Part shown: piece after piece, positions 55,492 through 64,000 of the stretch
Layout: every line of letters starts with the position of its first letter
How positions within the stretch are numbered: position 1 is the first letter of the stretch
Origin: Octopus vulgaris
Taxonomy: Eukaryota
DNA length: 64,000 nt
Direction: 5' to 3'
Assembly: GCA_951406725.2 (NCBI GenBank)
Contig: OX597814.1
Location: 66,030,001-66,094,000 of the forward strand
Made by a program: the position numbers and the translations under genes
The notes under the pieces: model-generated
Told to the model about the DNA's origin: nothing
Seen by the model: only the letters and a program-made list of their open reading frames with translations
The model's database searches: none

Positions 55492-55801
55492 GGGCTGGGC
55501 TTGCGCATCACCATGCACTGAAAAACAGACATCAAAAGACACTAATGCCACTATAAATTCTCCAAGAAAAAACACTATATATCGGCTAGTAGAAGAAAGA
55601 AAATGAATTACAACTTAGGTTAACCGCGTACATGATCGTGTTTCGGGCTTAAAGTAATAAAAAAACTTTTTACCTTCATCAGCGACGGTGTACCCAGGCA
55701 TATAAATACGAGTGGCTACGTGTATGCGAGCGAGCTGCGCCATCACTTATCTTATATCCGTTGAGACTCACACATGTATGCTGCGCAAGCCAAGCCCTTG
55801 T
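55488..55801 (-). mobile_element. 314-bp element bounded by ~28-bp inverted repeats with TA flanks, carrying a hammerhead ribozyme
   Basis: Left end ACAAGGGCTGGGCTTGCGCATCACCATG; reverse complement of the right end ACAAGGGCTTGGCTTGCGCAGCATACATG. TA occurs at 55486-87 and 55802-03. Confidence 0.8.
55623..55689 (-). ncRNA. Type I hammerhead ribozyme, core intact
   Basis: ACCGTCG CTGATGA AGGTAAAAAGT...ACTTTAAGCCC GAAA CACGATCATG TA|CGCGGT. Stem I is 6 bp with one bulge, stem III is near-palindromic, and the site is GUA. Confidence 0.85.
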
Positions 55802-55900
55802 TATAATTATGTATAGAATTATAAAATATTTAAATTAATTTACCTACGAGGTTTTATTTCCGTGCTGACCAGTTGGTAAAAATCATTTATGATTTTACCC

Positions 55901-55980
<80 letters not shown>

Positions 55981-55989
55981 TATTATATA

Positions 55990-56190
55990 TACTCTTTGAC
56001 TTGTTTCAGTCATTCTGACTACGACCATGCTGGAGCACTGCATTTAGTCGAACAAATCTTATTCCTTGTAAGCCTAGTACTTATTCTATCGTTATCATTT
56101 GCCAATCGCTAAGTTACTGGGACGTAAACACACTAACATCGGTTGTCAAGCGGTGGTGGCGGGGACAAACACAGACATACAAACACACAC
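55990..56190 (-). mobile_element. SINE family B, 3' part
   Basis: Matches 9950-10150. Confidence 0.85.
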
Positions 56191-56197
56191 ACACACA

Positions 56198-56260
<63 letters not shown>

Positions 56261-56353
56261 GTGTATATATGCATGCATGTATGTATATATGTATATATGT
56301 ATATATAATTAATAAGAAAACAAAAATAAACAATGCGAGTACGTAGCAAAATA

Positions 56354-56442
<89 letters not shown>

Positions 56443-56590
56443 CACATACATATATATACGTCACTAAAGTGACAAAAGGCTCTAATGGACATCAGTATTG
56501 TTAGAAATAAGTGTCAAAACAACTCAATAGCCACAGAAGAACTATCCTAATGGCTGACAAAGGAGACAAGCTCCCTACGATCGCAGATAT

Positions 56591-56652
56591 AGCCAGATCA
56601 TCAATGATTTCGCATTTTGATGCTCAACGTACCTTAATACTCATCAGTGGCT
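56591..56652 (-). ncRNA. Intact type I hammerhead ribozyme
   Basis: AGCCA CTGATGA GTATT-(19 nt)-AATGC GAAA TCAT-TG-ATGA TC|TGGCT. All three stems pair and the site is AUC. Confidence 0.9.
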
Positions 56653-57063
56653 GTCACCGAACCTAGGTTTAAACTCAGCTCGCTATGTCAGTTTATAAGA
56701 TTTTCATTGAAATCATACGTTGATTTCACAAACGGTAAAGTGAAAATAAAAAAAAATAATATGGGTGGTAATTCGCAACTTTACAACCTAAAGGTAGAAA
56801 TATTTACGTCACTAAGCATATAGATGGATGGATGGATGGATGGATGGGTGGATGGATGGACGGATGGATGACTTTGCTATGATCTTTTCAAAAAATGATG
56901 TTTCTTTGCATTTACTCAAAAAAGAATTTTTTAAAAATAATAACCATCCCTTTAATGGCAAAAGTTATAGGAGATAGTATTCATTATCCGGGGTAATGAA
57001 TATTCCTCTATACTGACGTGTCTGTATTCGACGCCATGTTGATGATGTATGTATGTATGTATG

Positions 57064-57091
<28 letters not shown>

Positions 57092-57094
<3 letters not shown>

Positions 57095-58553
57095 TTGAGA
57101 GTTTGACAGCAACTGTGCAGATGATTAGCAAAGATATTGGCATGGAATTTGGGATCGAGAAATGTGGTGTAATGATTCTCAAAAGGGGGAAAATTAGTAA
57201 AAGCCATGGGATCAAGCTGGAAAGTTGTGAAACTATAAAGGAAGGAGAGGAAGGATGTAAGTACCGGGGTATCATTGAAAGAGATAAGATGAATGAACAC
57301 AAGATGTAAGAAATGTACGGGAAAGAGTATTTGAAGAGAACTCGGCTTGTGCTCCAATCAAAATGGCCGCTATAATATTAGAGCAATTAATACATGTGCG
57401 GTTGCTTTGGTGAGATGTAGGGCATGAATAGTATCTTGGAAGAAGCGCGAATTACAAAAGATAGACCAGAGAACACGTAAATTTATGACAATAAACAAGG
57501 AACCACGCCCCAAGAGTGATGTGTAAAGATTGCAGGTAGATAGGAAAGAAGAAGGACGAGGATTGGTGTGTTGTGAAGGTTGTGTAAGGGAAGAGGAGAA
57601 TAGCTTGACTTGGTGTGTCAAGGGGAGTAATGAAGAAATGATTAAAGCAGAGAAAAACACAAATTATGAAAGACCAGAGAGAGCAGATGAAGAAAATTTG
57701 GCAGGACAAGAAAATGCACAGTCAGTTCTTGAAGAATAAAGATGAGATTGATTGGAATAGAATCTGGCAATGCTTGCAGAAGAGAGACTTTAAAGGGCCC
57801 ACCGAGGCATTAGTGTACAGCGCTCACAAACAAGCTCTCAGAACAAACTACTCCAAATATCACATTGATAAAAGCTCTGACTCGCCGCAGTGTAGGATGC
57901 GCTCTGAGAAGTGAGAAAGTATAAGCCATATTGTTAGTGAGTGTTGTAAGCTTGCACAACAAGAATATAAAAGGAGACACAACAATGTGACCAGATATCT
58001 CTACTGGCTGTTGTGCGGTAAAACAAATCTTGAGTGACCCGAAAAATAGTATGAATACGAGCCAGAGGGAATAATGAAGAACGAACATTGCAAAATATTC
58101 TGGGATTTTAACATATAGTGCGACGAAGTCATAGAGGCGAGACGATCAGATATCGTGCTCATCCATGAAAAAGAAGTAAAGATAATAGATGTTACAATAC
58201 CAGGCGATTGGAGAGTGAAATGTAAGAAAAAAGAAAATATTGAGAAATACCAGCCACTGCGGGACGAGATAGGAAAGTTAGAGGGCGTGTGGAAAGTAAT
58301 AGTGATTCCGGTAATAATTGGAGCATTAGGAGCACTTTTCAAGGGCTATGAAAAATATATCAAGAATATAGGAGTTACTGTCAGGATCGAGGTGATCTAG
58401 AAGACTGCATTGCTGGTTACAGCTCGCATTCGAAGGCAAGTTTTGTTTGTTTGGGTCACAGGTGAAGGCACTACTTGAAACCTTTGGTGATTTGCCATTG
58501 CCTGCTTTCAAGTAAAGAATAACCGGTAATTAAGAACTATTCGAGAGACTTTC

Positions 58554-58630
<77 letters not shown>
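57092..58630 (+). mobile_element. 5'-truncated R4/Dong-like LINE with a (TAA)n tail
   Basis: MEFGIEKC, EALVYSAHKQALRTNY, CRMR and RRSDIVLIHEKEVKIIDVTIPGD..PVIIGALG. (TAA)n spans 58554-58630. Confidence 0.9.
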
Positions 58631-58633
<3 letters not shown>

Positions 58634-59381
58634 ACAGCAAGACCAGAAAACTACAGACCTATAACCTGTCTCCCTACAATGTACAAAGCATTCACTACAG
58701 TAATATCACAAGGATTGAACAAGCACCTGGACGAAAACAACCTGTTTCCAGAAGAGCAGAAGGGGTGCCGCAAAGGCTCATATGGCTGTAAAGATCAAAT
58801 AATGATCAATAAAGCCATAACTGAAGACAGCCACAGCATACCCCACACATGGATCCTCGAAACACTAGCCATTAACAAAGTAGCACCAACAATTATAAAA
58901 TACATAGGACACTCTATGAATAAATGGCAGACAGTGCTACAGCTCCAAACAAATGAGGGACTCGTGAAAACCAAAGCCATCCCCATTAGAAGGGGAATAT
59001 TCCAGGGAGACACGCTCTCTCCACTCCTCTTCTGCTTGGCACTGTCACGGCTATCTGATATGCTAAATAGAACTGGATGCGGATATAAATGTACGGCAAA
59101 ACGATCAGCCACCTTTTATATATGGATGACCTAAAACTATACGCTACAAATGACAAACAGCTGGAAACACTACTAAAGACAGTTTATGGGTTTACCAAAG
59201 AAATAGATATGAAATTTGGATTAGAAAAATGCGCCAAAGTAACCCTGAAAAGAGGAAAGCTAGTTAAGAGTAGCAACCCCACACTAGATAAAACCAATGA
59301 AATAAGAGAAGTAGACCAAAGCCAAACTTACAAATATTTAGGAATCCATGAACTAGATAAGACACAGCACACACAAATGAA
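58631..59381 (+). mobile_element. R4/Dong-like RT core fragment
   Basis: NYRPITCLPTMYK, EQKGCRKG, GIFQGDTLSPLLF, HLLYMDDLKLY, YKYLG. Confidence 0.92.
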
Positions 59382-59700
59382 ATCCCTCACGCCGGGCTTC
59401 ATTTTGTTGATTTCGCTACTGATGTGCTCTCTCAACGAGATACCAAGCATTGACCTTCCCATGGCTCTTTGAGCCGTTACTAGTCTCTGTTCTTCTCTCT
59501 TTGTTGTAGCCCATGTTTCACTACCATATAACATTGCAGGTAGAACTGTACTGTTGATGAGGTTGGCGCGATTGGTCCTGTCCAACTTTCGCTTGAGCAC
59601 ATCCCTTATGCCATTAAACGCCTTCCATCCGGCCCTTACTCTCCGTGAGATCCTTCACGATGGACCATATATTTACTCTAACACAACTGCTTGAGCGAGC
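59382..59700 (-). mobile_element. RTE-clade RT thumb fragment fused in opposite orientation to the preceding LINE
   Basis: NSTVLPAMLYGSETW...QRAMGRSMLGIS. Confidence 0.85.
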
Positions 59701-59856
59701 GAATATATATATATGCATATATATATGTATACATATGTATATATATTTATATGTATTATGTATATAATTATGTATATATATATATGCATATATATATGTA
59801 TACATATGTATATATATTTATATGTATTATGTATATAATTATGTATATATATATGC

Positions 59857-59906
<50 letters not shown>

Positions 59907-60599
59907 GTATTAGAGACATATATATATATATCACACTATATGAGATTGACACAACTCAGCTGCGACCTGATGATTCCAGCGATCCCTAATGTCAAAGCCT
60001 AAACCGCTACAGCTTCTTTTTCAGAGCTTGCAGTGGTAGCTAGTCAACTGAAAGGGGTATATATCCATAAGGAGTAGGAGCAGATGCTAAAATTATAGCT
60101 ATTCTCTGACTCGCATCACAAAGTCATGGAACAATAGTCCGTAAGAAATATCATGTTCCTTGAAAAATGATACTGTCGACCAGATGGATTACCGGTACTC
60201 TACAAGCTCTATATACTGGGTATACTAAATGGCTAATGTGGATATATATCTTGACTTTGCATTTATAAGTCGACCATGGATATCGTCACAAACTGCGTGG
60301 TCTCGGCATAGCGAAACTTGAGAGTGGCGACACTTCAAGACAGAAACAGATTGTGAGCATGACCCCTAGAACAAATAACAAGCGTGTCCACAGCTCGATG
60401 TATGCCCTTTCATATATATATATGCAGATGACACAAAGGTTCAAGAACCTATTGCATCTGCATGAGCTAACAATATATATATAGGTGTTCCGGCCCTGCT
60501 ACTGGCACAAAGTAATGACGTGAAGACTGATACATGAGGAAATTGCAATAGTCATCAGTACCATTGACATGATGATGCATCTCAAATGCATAATCTGAT

Positions 60600-61080
60600 A
60601 AATGCAGAGCTGCTGGATGGATTCTCCGATAGAACATACTGATGGTCCTATGGAAAACATACTGCTCCCAACTTTGGTCACCACACAATATAAAACAAAC
60701 AGCAGAACTCAACAACTCAGAGAAGCTACACAAAGAAAATCGTCTCAATGAAATGTCAGCTACGGAAAGACTGAAGGTATTAAACTCTTCTTGACGGAGG
60801 CGGAAGATATGCAGTAATATACATCTGAAAATCCTGAGGTGTCCAAACTTTGATTCAAAGTTACCCAACCCAGAACGCGCTGATGCCAAGGATTCCAACA
60901 TCACCATCAAAATACAGGTCAGATGCATTGGGTTTCATTTCAACATCCTCCTAAATGCCTGAGAGACTTTGTGTGGATATATACACAGGAGACACGGATG
61001 GGCAGGCATATATCAGAGGTGGATTCACAAACTAGTGTGCTCATTCGCGGTGTGCAGCATGCCGCGGCCTTCGTAAACAG
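60600..61080 (+). mobile_element. CR1/L2-like LINE 3' fragment, decayed
   Basis: YCSQLWSPHNIK and ERLKVLNSS*RRR. Confidence 0.6.
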
Positions 61081-61082
61081 TT

Positions 61083-61268
<186 letters not shown>

Positions 61269-61439
61269 ATGCATATATATATACATAATTATATACATAA
61301 TACATATAAATATATATACATATGTATACATATATATATGCATATACATATACATACTTACATACATACATACATACATAGATACATACATACATACATA
61401 CATACATACATACATACATACATACATACAAACATATAT

Positions 61440-63610
61440 ACAACATGTTTAAACCTCTCCTTCCAGGATCACTGTGAAACCAATAACATTATCAAAGCAG
61501 AACAAGCAGAAGAAAGGAGTCTGGGGATGTGCTGAGCAATTGCTAATCAACAAAACTGTGGTGCCAGAGGTGAGAGAGCATAGGAGGAACCTACTTTCAA
61601 TGCGGCTAGATGACAAGAATGCCTTTGGCTCTGTTCCCCACTCATGGATGCTAGAAGTTCTTCAGCTTGCTAAGGTTCCAGTGGCTGACCTGACTTCATC
61701 GTGGGCCACCATCTTGAAATTAAACACAAAGAGTGACTGTATTATCACTGATAGAATACAATACCGCAAAGGCATATTCCAAGGAGACAGACTCTCTGTG
61801 ATGTAAACCCCTTGTCATTCCTGTTCAGGAAGTCTGAAGGATATCTCACTGGTTCAGAAGGAAACAGAAATACCACTGTTACTTTGTGGATGACTTAAAA
61901 TTTATGCAAAGAATATGCATGAGATGAAGAAGAGCCTTGACCTAGTTACAACATTCTCAAAGGATCTAGAGTTGGAGTTTGGTCAGGATAAATGTTGTGG
62001 TATGGTTGTGAAAAGAGGGAAGACTATAAAACAGACTAGTAGCACCACCGTCAATAATTTGACTGTTTCCCCTGTATCTGACGAGGAATATTACAGGTAT
62101 CTAGGGATAGATGAAAATATATCGTACAATGGCACCTGTAACGTGTCACTAAAGAATATTACAGCCGAATAAAGAAAATTTGAACCTCAGAACACACTGC
62201 GTTCAATAAAACAGTGACCCACTGTGTGTTTGCAGTGCCAGTACTCATACCAACATTTGGGCTGCTTGATTGGACGCTTGATGAGATCCGAGCCATTGAT
62301 GTGAAAACACGAAAACTACTAACAAGCACACATAATTTCCACATAAGCAGATACGTAGACCACCTCTACCTAAAATCTAAACAAGGCGGCAGAGGTTTAA
62401 CATCTATCCAAAATGCCTTTGAATGTCGTATCATATCCCTTCGGCAACATCTTTTAACCACCAGGCATCGAAGTACATTCCTTGACCAAGTTTGCATACA
62501 TGAGGCTGATAGCGTCACAAGACTTGGAAGGCAGCTCTTTGAGCAACACTCTGATAACCTAGAATACATGCCCAAAGAAGTCGCACGACTCTACCGCAAT
62601 ATATCATTAGATGAAAGGATGAGTCTAAATGAGCAGAAGACTATGCATGGATATGTTAGTAGAAAGCTCTGTGATGATATTAACATCGATCATCAAAGCA
62701 GTTTATCATGGGTGAAAAGCCGGATTACTACCTCCCACTTTGAAGGGTATGTGTTTGCAATCCAGGAACAACTAATATCAAAAGGGATACAGATGCGGGG
62801 AAAAGCCGTAAAATGTGACAACCGATGAAGACTTTGTGGAGTTCACACTGAGGATATCACCCATATCATAAGCAGTTGTCCGAAAATGTTATTCTATAAT
62901 GAAATCCGTCGGAAGGCTAATCCCGAGGACAAAGAAATAAGAACCCACAATATGGTAGAAGCCATAGCCACTCATAAGGGAAAGGAATACTGGTGGAATG
63001 TACCAGTGAAAACCTCAAGAAAATGTATGCACAACAGACCTGATTTAATGATTTGGGATATAGAAGAGAAACTCTACATAGTTGTGGAAATTAGCTGCCC
63101 GGCGGATGTCAACATAAAGCTGAAGATCAGTGAAAAAGAGAACACCTATGCTGAACTATTGAGAGGTCAGCAGATATTCTATCCAGATTACGAGTTCAGG
63201 CTGTAATTATTGGGGTACTGGGATATGTAAAACACCGCCTAAATACCAATCTTGAGAAATTAAGCTTCTCAAAATCAGAAAGGAGAAAGCTAATTCGAAG
63301 ACTACAGTTCCAATCCATCACTGGAACTGTAAAAATCTGTAAAACTTTGCAGAAGTTTATCATTTAAATATATATGGGTAAGTCTAGATATGTAACTATA
63401 TGCATGAGAATACATATATAAAACATAAAAATCTGCACATACATGCATATACATGCATAAATACATACATACATACATGCATACATACATACATACAAAC
63501 AAAAATACCCTGTTATTGATGTTGAAATTCCAATGGAGGAACCTTGGATCGAGGTTAGGAACCGGTTCTTTCTCTATTGGCAAGAAATCTTGAAATAAAC
63601 TGAATAATGT
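61440..63610 (+). mobile_element. R4/Dong-like LINE, 5'-truncated, with REL domain and 3' UTR
   Basis: EQLLINK, KNAFGSVPHSW, GIFQGD, LEFGQDKC, GGRGL, FAIQEQ and NRPDLMIWD..VEISCPAD. It begins next to (TACA)n. Confidence 0.9.
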
Positions 63611-63619
63611 CATACATAC

Positions 63620-63900
63620 AAAAATATATATGATGGACTCTCCCATCGAAGACGACGTATGGGCGTTCAGCTTTTGCTGAACGACCTGCTCAAATGTTTT
63701 GTTTATAGCTATCATATGTATGTGCTGTATATTAGCACACTCCGCCATCAAATCGATGTTGTCTGAACAAGTGCACGGTGTACCACGCATCAGGTGTCGA
63801 AGTGATTGCAGATCAATTTGAGATGAAATATTTCCTTGACCGGGTGGTCTAGGTATTGAAACTATGATAATGCGATTGAGAGTGCAACACTCTAACCACT
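63620..63900 (-). mobile_element. Diverged tRNA-derived SINE
   Basis: Minus-strand head AGTGGTTAGAGTGTTGCACTCTCAATCGC...GTTTCAATACC. Confidence 0.6.
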
Positions 63901-64000
63901 ATATGAACAGAATGGCAGCACTTTTTTCACAATATCTTCTCCAAATAATGAATACATACATACATATATACGTACATACATACATATGTATGTACGTATG

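Overview
AT-rich, microsatellite-saturated eukaryotic DNA with no confidently identifiable host gene. The SINE/LINE repertoire is typical of an octopus (cephalopod) genome, which is my inference. It is a transposon graveyard: several R4/Dong-like (REL endonuclease) LINE fragments next to (TAA)n/(TACA)n tracts, Tx1/L1-like, RTE and CR1-like fragments, two Penelope-like elements (RT + GIY-YIG), decayed mariner and maT transposons, MITEs and many tRNA-derived SINEs. The most notable hidden signal is a set of type I hammerhead ribozymes (HHRs) in small non-coding elements. One lies in a 527-bp, ~1.5-mer partial tandem with an 8-bp TSD (non-LTR retrozyme architecture, 741-1267). Two diverged members of one family (5045-5105 and 55623-55689) keep the fold with different stem sequences, and the second is enclosed by ~28-bp inverted repeats. 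A fourth intact HHR sits at 56591-56652, and there are several decayed ones. All folds were read by eye and not computed.
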